Positions 51,492 through 61,497 of a stretch of 64,000 bases of DNA are shown here, piece by piece. The notes under the pieces were generated by a model. The model was not told the DNA's origin and ran no database searches. It saw only the letters and a program-made list of their open reading frames with translations. Where the stretch lies: positions 96,001 through 160,000 of the forward strand of contig CAVVXH010000015.1 in the NCBI GenBank assembly GCA_963752155.1. Reading direction: 5' to 3'. Source of the DNA: an uncultured Parachlamydiaceae bacterium. GTDB lineage: Bacteria; Chlamydiota; Chlamydiia; Chlamydiales; Parachlamydiaceae. The position numbers and the translations under genes were made by a program. Position 1 is the stretch's first letter. Each line of letters opens with the position of its first letter.

Positions 51492-52991
51492 ATGCATATT
51501 ATCCACATAGCTGCGGAACTTGCTCCGATAGCAAAAGTCGGAGGGCTTGCCGATGTTGTTCTGGGTCTCTGCCGAGAATTATCTTGGAAGGGACATGACA
51601 TCGACATCATTATCCCTTACTACGATTGTATGGATATTAATCAAATCCGTGAACTTTCTCTTATAGTCTCCGATCTTCACTCTTTTTATGAAGGTGAGTG
51701 GATCTCCAACTTTGTTTGGATGGGCTGGGTTGAAAATCTAAAAGTCTATTTTATTGATCCTCACCATAAACGGTATTTCTTTAATAGAAGCTGTTTTTAT
51801 GGCTGTGAGGACGACATCGATCGGTATCTCTATTTTTCTCGTGCGGCTTTGGAATTTATTCATTCCTCCGACCTTACTCCGGACATCATTCATTTACACG
51901 ACTGGCAAACAGCAGCTATAGCTCCGCTTTATTATAACGTTTATCGAAAGAAAGGTCTAACCAAACCAAAAATCGTTTTTACAATTCACAATATTGAATA
52001 CCAGGGTAAATGCAGTCCTAAAAATATCGAAGACATTGGACTTGATAGCAAAGTCGAACTCACCCCAGCTAAACTTCAAGACCCCTTTCAACCTGATACA
52101 CTTAACTTACTCAAGGGCGGCATTGTTTATTCAGATTTCATTACCACAGTTTCACCAACCTATGCCAAAGAAGTGTTAACTTCTGCAGGAGGAAGGGGTC
52201 TTGAAACCACTTTAAACGAAAATTTATCAAAATTTTGCGGCGTTTTAAATGGTATTGACTATTCTTATTGGAATCCCGAAATCGATCGTCATTTACCTTG
52301 TCATTATGCGTCGAGAGAAATCCCTAAGAACAAAAAAGATCATAATATTCTCAATCAAAAAGCTTTTATCAAGCATTTAGTGCGAGAAAAATTAATGCTC
52401 GATGAAGTTCACCGTCCTATTATCGGCTGCATTGCACGCCTCGTGCCTCAAAAAGGAATTGATCTGATTGAATTTGCTCTGAAATATGCTATATCCCACA
52501 ATGGACAATTTCTTTTACTGGGTTCTAGCCCTATTCCAGAAATCCAAGATCACTTTCAACATCTCCAGCAGCAATTTAATGACAGTCCTCACGTTCATCT
52601 GACTCTCCACCATCAAGAGGAACTCGCTCATCTGATCTATGCTGCCTCAGATATGTTCATTGTTCCTTCACTTTTTGAGCCTTGTGGACTCACCCAAATG
52701 ATTGCATTAAAATATGGATCCATTCCAATTGTACGTAAAACTGGAGGATTGGCTGATACCATTATCGACGTAGACTCCGGAAGACCTTTTGAAGAGACCA
52801 ATGGCTATGTTTTCGAATCTCCTACATGTGAAGGGCTTCAATCGGCCTTGGATCGCGCTTTTGATGCCTGGTACCATAAACAAGACTTCTGGAGGCAGCT
52901 ATTGATTCATGGAATGAATATCGATTTTAGCTGGAACTACCCTTCAAATGCCTATTTAAACATCTATAACAAACTCTGTGGAAAAATTTGA
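51492..52991 (+). CDS. glgA: glycogen synthase
   Basis: KVGGLADV, HLHDWQT, PSLFEPCGLTQM, RKTGGLADT. Confidence 0.97.
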   Translation: MHIIHIAAELAPIAKVGGLADVVLGLCRELSWKGHDIDIIIPYYDCMDINQIRELSLIVSDLHSFYEGEWISNFVWMGWVENLKVYFIDPHHKRYFFNRSCFYGCEDDIDRYLYFSRAALEFIHSSDLTPDIIHLHDWQTAAIAPLYYNVYRKKGLTKPKIVFTIHNIEYQGKCSPKNIEDIGLDSKVELTPAKLQDPFQPDTLNLLKGGIVYSDFITTVSPTYAKEVLTSAGGRGLETTLNENLSKFCGVLNGIDYSYWNPEIDRHLPCHYASREIPKNKKDHNILNQKAFIKHLVREKLMLDEVHRPIIGCIARLVPQKGIDLIEFALKYAISHNGQFLLLGSSPIPEIQDHFQHLQQQFNDSPHVHLTLHHQEELAHLIYAASDMFIVPSLFEPCGLTQMIALKYGSIPIVRKTGGLADTIIDVDSGRPFEETNGYVFESPTCEGLQSALDRAFDAWYHKQDFWRQLLIHGMNIDFSWNYPSNAYLNIYNKLCGKI

Positions 52992-53000
52992 GGAAATTAA

Positions 53001-53597
53001 GTGGGCATAGCCAATTACATTACATTTATTCGAGTTTTGATCAGTCCTCTTTTTATGCTCGTCTATATTTATCCTGATTTCTTTAAAGTAAGCGAAGCGC
53101 AACTGCCTTATATTCTACTTTGCTTATTAAGTATTTCAGAATTATCTGACGCTTTGGATGGTTACTTTGCCCGTAGGTATAATCAAATCTCTGAGTTTGG
53201 TAAAATTTTCGATCCCATGGCTGACAGCATTTCCAGAATATCCGTTTTTCTAACATTCACCTACCCTCCGGTCAGCTTGCCACTTCCCCTTATCTTTATT
53301 TTCATGTATCGCGATTCTGTCACAAGTACATTGAGAACGGTTTGTGCTTTGCGAGGTTTCGCTTTAGCTGCTCGACCTAGCGGTAAAATAAAAGCAATTA
53401 TCCAAGCTGTCGCTTCTTTTGCAGTTTTATTTTTGATGATTCCCTTTTCGATGGGGCTGCTTACTCAAACAAGCCTCCAAACTTACAGCACATGGATTGT
53501 TCTTACTGCTGCTATTTACGCTCTTCTATCTGGTGTAGATTACATCTACTCTATTCGTCACGATGTCGTTAACTTACTTCAGCCCAAAAGGACTTGA
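53001..53597 (+). CDS. pgsA: CDP-diacylglycerol--glycerol-3-phosphate phosphatidyltransferase
   Basis: SDALDGYFARR.NQ.SEFGKIFDPMAD. Confidence 0.92.
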   Translation: MGIANYITFIRVLISPLFMLVYIYPDFFKVSEAQLPYILLCLLSISELSDALDGYFARRYNQISEFGKIFDPMADSISRISVFLTFTYPPVSLPLPLIFIFMYRDSVTSTLRTVCALRGFALAARPSGKIKAIIQAVASFAVLFLMIPFSMGLLTQTSLQTYSTWIVLTAAIYALLSGVDYIYSIRHDVVNLLQPKRT

Positions 53598-53606
53598 ACA
53601 TAGCCT

Positions 53607-54608
53607 GTGAAAAAGAATATCATTCAGACGGCTTCTCATCTCGATGTTTTAGGTATTGGCGCTCCTCTGGTCGATCAAATATTCCACGTGTCAGAGGAAC
53701 GCTTAGCTAAAATGCCTGGAAACAAGGGGGGGATGGAACCTGTAGATTTTCCGACCTTCACTAAACTTCTTCATGAATCTTCTGGAGAGTCAAAAATTAT
53801 TCCTGGAGGAAGTTGTGCCAACACGTTGCGAGGCCTACGACAACTGGGTCACACATGTGGCTTTATAGGAAAAATCGGCAATGATTCCATTGGAGATTTC
53901 TATCTCAAAGACCTTCAAAATCTTGGCATAGAGTATCTCTGCAAACCCTCTGCAACACCAACAGGACAAGTTCTCTCTTTTGTTACTCCAGATGGAGAAC
54001 GCACTTTCTACGTCTATCTAGGGGCTAGCCTAGAGATCAGCACCAAAGATTTGAATCCGACAGACTTTAATCAAGTCCGACTTGTCCATCTTGAAGGATA
54101 CTCTCTAGTCTACCCTGGGTTAGTACAACGCGCGATGGAGTATGCTAAAAAGGGCGGATCGATAGTTTCATTAGATCTTGCTAATTTTGAGATTGTTGCG
54201 GCCTCTAGAGAAGTCTTTATTGACCTCATCAAAACTTACGTTGACATCTGTTTTGGAAACGAAAAAGAAATTCAAGCACTCACGGGCCTCTCAGCTCATG
54301 AAGGTTGCAAATTACTCAGAAGCCTTTGCCCAATTGCTATAGCCACAATGGGCAAAAAGGGATGCTGGGTTAGCCAAAAAGAGGATTGTACTTTTGTTCC
54401 TACGACACCGATTGACCATCCTCTTGATACTACCGGTGCTGGAGACCTATTCTTGAGCGGATTCCTCCATGGGTATCTAACAGGTGAACCTATCGAAATA
54501 TGCGCTCGTTATGGTGTTCACGCAGGAACTGCTATTGTTCAAGTCGAAGGAGCTTATCTTAACGAAATGCAATGGCAAAAGCTGAAAATGGAATTAAATA
54601 TTAAGTGA
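53607..54608 (+). CDS. PfkB-family carbohydrate/nucleoside kinase
   Basis: PGGSCANT, GNEKE, DTTGAGDLF. Confidence 0.92.
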   Translation: MKKNIIQTASHLDVLGIGAPLVDQIFHVSEERLAKMPGNKGGMEPVDFPTFTKLLHESSGESKIIPGGSCANTLRGLRQLGHTCGFIGKIGNDSIGDFYLKDLQNLGIEYLCKPSATPTGQVLSFVTPDGERTFYVYLGASLEISTKDLNPTDFNQVRLVHLEGYSLVYPGLVQRAMEYAKKGGSIVSLDLANFEIVAASREVFIDLIKTYVDICFGNEKEIQALTGLSAHEGCKLLRSLCPIAIATMGKKGCWVSQKEDCTFVPTTPIDHPLDTTGAGDLFLSGFLHGYLTGEPIEICARYGVHAGTAIVQVEGAYLNEMQWQKLKMELNIK

Positions 54609-54613
54609 TACCC

Positions 54614-56170
54614 ATGAAAAAGTTACCGATCGGCATTCAACATTTCCCCACGCTGATTCACGATGGATTTCTCTATGTCGATAAGACGCAACTTATTCAT
54701 CGTCTCATCAATGAACAACGAGGACATTTCCTTGCTCGTCCGAGACGTTTTGGAAAATCCCTACTTTGTTCTACATTGTTAACGATCTTTCAAGGAAAAA
54801 AAGAACTTTTTAAAGAATGTTGGATCTCAACTTCAGAATATCAATGGCCTTGTCACCCGGTCCTCTGGTTTGATTTTTCCACTCTAATAGGTCGTGATAA
54901 AAAAACCGTAGAGCGCTCATTGCAAAATGCTCTTATATACGCTGCTACTGATATCGGCATTACACTCACACCTGAAGCGTCTCCTGTAGATACTTTTATT
55001 TCTCTAGTGCGACAAGCTTCATTAGAAGGAGAAGTCGTCATCATTATCGACGAATATGATCATCCCCTATTAAAATTGCTCGACAATAAGCAAGAGTTAA
55101 TTCAAATTCGAGACTTATTGAGCGAATTTTATACAGCAATCAAATCATGCAGTCGATTTATACGATATGTATTTATCACAGGCGTCAGCAAATTTTCTAA
55201 GGTATCTCTTTTTTCCGGTATGAATAATATTCAAGATATCACGTTGAATCCTAACTATGCCACTTTGACCGGCGTTACAGAAATAGAATTACGCAAGAAC
55301 TATGTGGAGTGGATCGAGACGGTCGCAGCGAAAAGAGAAGAACCGATCACTCAAACCTATGATTTAATGCGTAAATGGTATAATGGCTACTGCTTTTCGA
55401 CTTTAAATGATACTGAAAAGGTTTATAACCCTGTTTCACTGCACAACTTTCTTGAAAGTGGACGTTTATCCAATTTTTGGTTTGGAACCGCAACCCCAAC
55501 ATTTGCAATAGACTTAATCCGTCGACAAAATTATCCGATCATGAATTTAGAAGGAGAAGTTACCATCGGAGCTTCCTTAGATGAACATCATGAGGTGACA
55601 CAAATTAGCTTGATTCCCCTTCTATTTCAAACCGGTTACCTCACTATTCAACACTTTGATGAAATAAACCAAACCTACAAACTCACCTTTCCAAATGAAG
55701 AAGTTCGTCGTTCTTTCTTTGATCATCTATTGACCGAGTTAACTAAGTTGAACGAAACACAGTTAGAATCACATTTTCTAGAATTAGATAGTGCACTACA
55801 TTCAAAGGACTTGAAAAATTTTTTTGACAGTCTAAACATCCTTTTAGCTGAAATACCTTATTCGATTCACATTGCAAAAGAAGCCTATTATCATTCTTTA
55901 ATCTATCTGATCATACGAGCACTAAAAGTCAAAGTTCAACCTGAAGTACTCACAAGTAGAGGAAGGATGGATCTTGTTGCCGAGGTAGACAACATCTTCT
56001 ACATCTTTGAGTTTAAATTTGGGCCAACTGCTAAAGAGGCCCTAGAACAAATTATTCAAAAAGGATATGCGGATCGTTATAAAAACTTAAAGAAAAAAGT
56101 TATCCTAGTGGGCATCTCTATATCGCGCAAAAAGCGCAAGATCGATGACTGGATAGAACAAGAGTTGTAA
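54614..56170 (+). CDS. AAA-ATPase-like protein with C-terminal PD-(D/E)XK nuclease domain
   Basis: KLPIGIQ.F, RPRRFGKSL, IIDEYD, GRMDL...IFEFK, ALEQI..KGY. Confidence 0.9.
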   Translation: MKKLPIGIQHFPTLIHDGFLYVDKTQLIHRLINEQRGHFLARPRRFGKSLLCSTLLTIFQGKKELFKECWISTSEYQWPCHPVLWFDFSTLIGRDKKTVERSLQNALIYAATDIGITLTPEASPVDTFISLVRQASLEGEVVIIIDEYDHPLLKLLDNKQELIQIRDLLSEFYTAIKSCSRFIRYVFITGVSKFSKVSLFSGMNNIQDITLNPNYATLTGVTEIELRKNYVEWIETVAAKREEPITQTYDLMRKWYNGYCFSTLNDTEKVYNPVSLHNFLESGRLSNFWFGTATPTFAIDLIRRQNYPIMNLEGEVTIGASLDEHHEVTQISLIPLLFQTGYLTIQHFDEINQTYKLTFPNEEVRRSFFDHLLTELTKLNETQLESHFLELDSALHSKDLKNFFDSLNILLAEIPYSIHIAKEAYYHSLIYLIIRALKVKVQPEVLTSRGRMDLVAEVDNIFYIFEFKFGPTAKEALEQIIQKGYADRYKNLKKKVILVGISISRKKRKIDDWIEQEL

Positions 56171-56287
56171 CGATGTTGGGTTTAGCATTAATGACATCGG
56201 CTATGTGTTTCTTATGTCCTCCATTCCCAAAGCTAAATATTCTACAAAATATCCAGGATAATGCTGAATCAATTTTTCACATTTCGA

Positions 56288-56530
56288 TTATCTTTTCAAA
56301 TTTAACGCAGCCCGTAAAGCGATTTGCGCACTTTGAAGTCCAGCTAAAATACCTTCTTCATAACGGAAATAGGGATGATTTTCTAAAGCCGGAAAATCAT
56401 TGGGTTGCAGAATATCGTCACTCGTTACATTTGGAACGATGCGTCTCGCACATTGCAAGAGGGTCTTTTGCTGAGCATCAATTAATTCTTGTAAAAGTTG
56501 ATCCGTCTCTGTAACTTGTTCACGCATCAT
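56288..56530 (-). CDS. small hypothetical protein
   Basis: Overlaps the tadA stop; DDILQPNDFP.LENHP.FRYEEG. Confidence 0.7.
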   Translation of the reverse strand: MMREQVTETDQLLQELIDAQQKTLLQCARRIVPNVTSDDILQPNDFPALENHPYFRYEEGILAGLQSAQIALRAALNLKR

Positions 56531-57029
56531 TTTCAGCTCCCTTCTGTAGTCTTCTACGTTGAAAAAAATCGCGCATTAATGTTGCAGAATATTCTTTAAG
56601 AACTCCTGAGGAGATTTCAATACTGTGGGTAGGGTGGGGCGACTTAAATAAATCCACCCAACTGCCATTTGCCCCATGACGAATATCCGGAGCCCCCCAA
56701 ACAAGGCGTGAAACCCGAGTCAATAACATTGCTCCGGCACACATGCTGCAAGGCTCGATCGTGCAGTATAAGGTTGCACCTGTTAACCGCCAGTTTTCCA
56801 TGGCTGCTTCCCCTGCTGTTAAACAAAGCATCTCAGCGTGAGCAGTTGCATCGTTTAGCATTTCAACTTGATTAGAACCTCTTGAAATAACCTCTGAATT
56901 GTGAACCAAGACAGCCCCAACAGGCACTTCATCGGCACAAAAGGCTTTCCATGCTTCTTTTAGAGCCAACAGCATATATTTTTCATCATCATTGGTGGAA
57001 ACAATTGTAAATGGAAATGGGTTTTTCAT
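56520..57029 (-). CDS. tadA: tRNA adenosine deaminase
   Basis: EVPVGAV, DATAHAE, EPCSMCAGA. Confidence 0.93.
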   Translation of the reverse strand: MKNPFPFTIVSTNDDEKYMLLALKEAWKAFCADEVPVGAVLVHNSEVISRGSNQVEMLNDATAHAEMLCLTAGEAAMENWRLTGATLYCTIEPCSMCAGAMLLTRVSRLVWGAPDIRHGANGSWVDLFKSPHPTHSIEISSGVLKEYSATLMRDFFQRRRLQKGAENDA

Positions 57030-57112
57030 GTGAGAGACCTTTATTCGAAATGGACAGTGTAATCAAGTCATACTATACAGCAATATAGCCCTATATACTA
57101 CATTATTTTTTT

Positions 57113-57470
57113 TTAACGCAAAGAAACAAAAGACGCGAAGGCGCAAAGAAAATAGGCCATGATCTTTGCGCCAAATACTTGCTTCTCCTAAATAACAAGT
57201 TCGCGCCTTGCCATTGGTGCCTGACCAGATATTACTGACATTTGCCGATGCGATAACATTGCTTCCTAAAGGGCAAATGTCAGAATATCAGGTCAGGCAC
57301 CAATGGCAAGGCGCTTTAAAAATCTGTTATTTCCCGATAGGGGGCGCCGCAGGCAACTGTCTCGCTTTGCGTTAAAAAAAAATTAAACTTTTCTGTTTTA
57401 GCATTTCGTTGTTCTTGATATCACAACACGGCTAAGTGGGCAAGGGCACGAAAATTAGCGAGAATTGCTA
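57113..57470. repeat. D::E composite (E reversed, 57185..57364) plus a family A right end
   Basis: Reverse complement of the E blocks at 41542 and 60403. Confidence 0.9.
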
Positions 57471-57487
57471 TAAATCTAACTTACCCC

Positions 57488-57516
57488 TTGATTTATAATT
57501 CCCAGTCAGGTATTCT
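57488..57516 (+). promoter_or_regulatory. probable rpsO promoter
   Basis: TTGATT-17 bp-TATTCT. Confidence 0.5.
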
Positions 57517-57584
57517 TAGCAGTAAGTATTGTAGCATCGAAATAAATCGGCCACATCTAGGCTCTTAAACTACGGGGGATTCGA

Positions 57585-57854
57585 ATGTCTCTAGACAAAG
57601 GCACAAAAGAAGAAATAACTAAAAAGTTCCAACTCCACGAGAAGGATACTGGTTCAGCAGATGTGCAAATCGCCATCTTGACAGAGCGCATTGTTGAGCT
57701 CACAGAGCACCTCAAGCGAACACCCAAAGATCATAATTCACGTTTAGCCCTACTTAAACTTGTTGGTCAACGGCGTAGACTTTTGGACTATCTAAACTCT
57801 ACCGACACAAAACGATATCAAGGACTCATTAGCAAACTGAAACTGCGTAGATAA
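57585..57854 (+). CDS. rpsO: 30S ribosomal protein S15
   Basis: [31 protein letters not shown]. Confidence 0.99.
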   Translation: MSLDKGTKEEITKKFQLHEKDTGSADVQIAILTERIVELTEHLKRTPKDHNSRLALLKLVGQRRRLLDYLNSTDTKRYQGLISKLKLRR

Positions 57855-57938
57855 CCCCCCATCCAAGTCACAAATTTTCAAATGAGGATATCAATTTCAA
57901 TCAAACTGCCACACATTTCAGTTGTTGGCCATAAAATT

Positions 57939-58098
57939 GGCCTCATTCTCCTTTTGGGTCAAAAATACGGTCGACTGCGAAACGCCGACTGCGCAGCTTT
58001 GCTCCTCGGCAATAGCTTAGGCTATTACCTCGTCGCAAATCAGCACATTCGGCATTTCTCGTCTGACCGTATTTTCGACCGAAAAGGTGAACGAGGCC
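57939..58098. mobile_element. 160-bp palindromic MITE-like element (family I) with an 8-bp TSD
   Basis: GGCCTC...GAGGCC ends; ATAAAATT at 57931..57938 and 58099..58106; whole element folds back on itself. Confidence 0.8.
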
Positions 58099-58259
58099 AT
58101 AAAATTCACGTTTATTTGGTTGATATTGATGTTCTCACCTTATACAATGCTATTAATTTGCACAGAATGGAATACACCTGTGCAAACTCTCTAAACTCTA
58201 CACAAGCCTTTCATCAGGCTATCATCAAACAATGCTGAAATAGGAGCACCTAAAATACT

Positions 58260-60354
58260 ATGTCGCACGAATCCATCACAGTGACCATTGGAGAACAAAA
58301 TATTACTTTTGAAACAGGGAAAATTGCACGTCAAGCCAATGGAGCTGTCATTGTACGATGCGGCGAGACGCTGATATTCAGCACGGCCTGCGCGACAACT
58401 AAGCCTGGTGAAGAAACAGATTTCCTTCCTTTAAAAGTAGACTACCAAGAGCCTTTATCCGCTTCCGGAAAAACCAACAGCGGCTTTGTTAAACGTCAAG
58501 GTCGACCTACCGAAAGAGAAGTTTTAGTCTCTCGTTTAATAGATAGACCTTTACGTCCTATGTTTGAAGAGGGCTATTTCTGTGAAGTGCAGTTGCTTTC
58601 TTATGTCTGGTCCTATGACGGTGTTCATCTTCCCGACCCATTAGCCATTTGCGGCTGTTCTGCCGCCTTAGTGATTTCTGACATTCCCCTCATCAAACCT
58701 GTAGCAGGAGTACGTGTAGGACTTGTTGAAGGTCATTTCATTTTAAACCCGACAATGGCCCAGCAAAAGGTTTCCAAACTCGATTTATCGCTTGCTGGGA
58801 CCGAAGACGGCATTCTCATGATCGAAGGCTTCTGCGACTTTTTAACAGAAGATCAAATCATCGAGGCCATTGCCTTAGGTCACGCAGGGATTAAAAAGAT
58901 CTGTTCAGCGTTGCTCGAATGGCAAAAGAGAATAGGAAAACCAAAAAATCGTTCTTCCCTTCGAATACTCCCACCAGAAGTACTTGCTGCTGTAGATGCG
59001 ATTGCTTCCCCATTGCTGCCGAATGCTCTACGCATCGTTGAAAAGCAAAAAAGAGAAGAAGCTCTTTCTGCAATCGATGCTAAAGTCATCGAGCAATTGT
59101 GTCCTACTCATGGAGAAGGTAAATATAAAGAACTTGACGTACGCAATGGGATTAAACAAACAACCGCACGTCATATGCGTCAAATGATCGTCAATACTAA
59201 TGTTCGTAGCGACGGAAGAAACACTACCCAGATTCGCCCGATTACAATCGAACAAGGTTTACTTCCACGCGCACATGGCAGCACTCTTTTTACTCGTGGA
59301 GAAACACAAGCTGTTGCTGTGTGTACCCTCGGCGGGGAAAGCATGGCTCAACGGTTTGAAGATTTAGAAGGAGAAAGCGCTTCTCGCTTCTATCTACACT
59401 ATTTCTTCCCTCCTTTTTCTGTGGGTGAAGTGGGAAGGGTAGGAGCTCCGGGCCGTCGCGAACTAGGTCACGGCAAACTTGCAGAGCGCGCCTTAGCTGC
59501 TATTATTCCTTCCAAAGAAAAATTCCCCTACACAATCCGCATCGAATCAAACATCACCGAATCGAATGGGTCTTCCTCGATGGCGTCAGTCTGTGGAGGA
59601 TGCTTAGCTCTCATGGATGCGGGTGTTCCTATCGACCGCCCTGTTGCCGGTATTGCTATGGGTCTTATCCAGGAAGGGACTCATTACTCAGTTCTGTCTG
59701 ATATTCTTGGAATCGAAGATGCTCTCGGCGATATGGACTTCAAAATTACCGGCGATGATAAAGCGATTACTGCCTTTCAGATGGATATCAAGATTGAAGG
59801 GATCCCGCCGGAAATCATGAAAGTAGCACTCGCTCAGGCAAAAGAAGGTCGTATACACATCCTTAAAGAAATGTTGAAAGCCTGCCCACCGTTACCGTGA
59901 ACAGATGTCAGTTCATGCCCCTCGCATTGAAACAATGCGTATCAGATCTAATATGATCGCAAAAGTTATTGGCCCTGGGGGTAAACAAATCCGCGCCATT
60001 ACTGATGAAACGGGAGTAAAGATCGACATTGATGATTCTGGTGGTTATGGCTTAATCAGTATCTCTTCTTCGAATATGAAGGCTATCGAAAAAGCTATGA
60101 ACATCATCGAAGGACTCACCGCTGAAATTGAGATCGGAAAGGTCTACAAAGGCAAGGTTATAGCTGTTAAAACTTTTGGGATGTTCGTAGAAGTCCTTCC
60201 TGGAAAAGAAGGCCTTTGTCACATTTCTGAATTCGATCATATGCGTATTGAAAATCTTGAAGAACTTGTCAAAGTCGGGGATGTCGTTTCTGTGAAAGTC
60301 ACTGAAATTAACGAACGCGGACTCATTAAATTGAGTCGAAAAGCTGCTCTGTAG
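58260..60354 (+). CDS. pnp: polyribonucleotide nucleotidyltransferase, with one frameshift near 59890
   Basis: ETGKIARQANG, FTRGETQ, ESNGSSSMAS, GDMDFK, KH and S1 domains; deleting one C gives ACPRYREQMSVHAPRI. Confidence 0.97.
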
Positions 60355-60360
60355 TTTATA

Positions 60361-60672
60361 ACGATATTAGGGTATAAAGTATAGGAAAAATTAAACGCAA
60401 AGCGAGACAGTTGCCTACGGCGCCCCCTATTGGGAAATAACAAATTTTTAAAGCGCCTTGCCATTGGTGCCTGACCTGATATTCTGACATTTGCCTACAA
60501 TGATAACGTAACCTCCTAGGAGGGCAAATGTCAGAATATCAGGTCAGGCACCAATGGCAAGAGGCGCGAACTTGTTATTTAGGAGACACGAAGCCACAAA
60601 GAGCACTTACGATACTTTACATGTAAGAACTCTTTCTGCCTTCGTGTCTTTGCGTTTAATTTTCCTATACTT
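60361..60672. repeat. D::E composite (E at 60403..60585)
   Basis: Near-identical to 41500..41765. Confidence 0.92.
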
Positions 60673-60676
60673 CAAA

Positions 60677-61084
60677 TCACTTAACAAATATTGGAAGTAA
60701 GTCATGCTTGTCATGTTCTTCTAAATACAAACGCCATTCATCAGCTTGCCAACTAAATTCCTCCAATAAGTCTTTGATCGTATGTTTATTAAATCGACCC
60801 ATTAGACCTAAATATTTTAATTTAATTTGAAAGCGATCTTCATCAACAACTAACGTTGTATGAATCCATTCCCCTGAAAACGGAGGGTTTCCTACCAAGC
60901 ATCGGCGCACACTCTTTGGAATATAATTGCCACCCTCGTAGACAGAAGTGGTAAGTGAAATCTTGGTTTCATGTTCTAATAAGCTGATATCAACATCAGA
61001 TCCACCTATATGAACTTGTATTAAATCGTTATGAAACAAACGATTAAATAATTTACTTAAATCTTTTTCGAGAATCATATCCAC
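60677..61084 (-). CDS. hypothetical protein
   Basis: 135-aa ORF; no motif I can name. Confidence 0.65.
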   Translation of the reverse strand: MDMILEKDLSKLFNRLFHNDLIQVHIGGSDVDISLLEHETKISLTTSVYEGGNYIPKSVRRCLVGNPPFSGEWIHTTLVVDEDRFQIKLKYLGLMGRFNKHTIKDLLEEFSWQADEWRLYLEEHDKHDLLPIFVK

Positions 61085-61497
61085 CCCTATCTATTTGAGC
61101 GATAGATTAAAAAAAACCCACTCTTTCCAATGAAAGAGTAGTCTAATAAAAAATAAACAAATTATTCAAAACCTAGTTAATTAACATCCCCCATAACTTT
61201 ATTATACAAAAATACAATATTCATGAAAAGGAAAATAACAAATCAACAAACATTATTTTTTAATAATTTAAATCTATAAGACTCCTATAATTACGCCGTA
61301 TAGAGGTTATGTGGTCTAAATGTATATTAATAGATGCAAGTGACGTGCCAAACTTGTCAGAACCAGAAGGACAGCAAGAGACTGGCCAAAAAGATGAATA
61401 AAGCCAAGAATTTAGACTTTGAATATCAGTAACTTATGAAATTAAATTTGAAAAGCCCATAGCCGGGCTCGCTATAGGCTCAGGCCAACCTTTCTCT

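Noticed and set aside
54560..54613. Palindrome array upstream of the third ATPase-nuclease gene
   Set aside because: The gene abuts the PfkB kinase stop and no array is visible, so the array pattern holds for only two of the three genes
57882..58238. 118-aa ORF between rpsO and pnp
   Set aside because: Spans the palindromic element; no RBS or protein motif
59880..59905. Programmed frameshift or naturally split PNPase
   Set aside because: No slippery heptamer; one extra C explains it and other indels are present in the window
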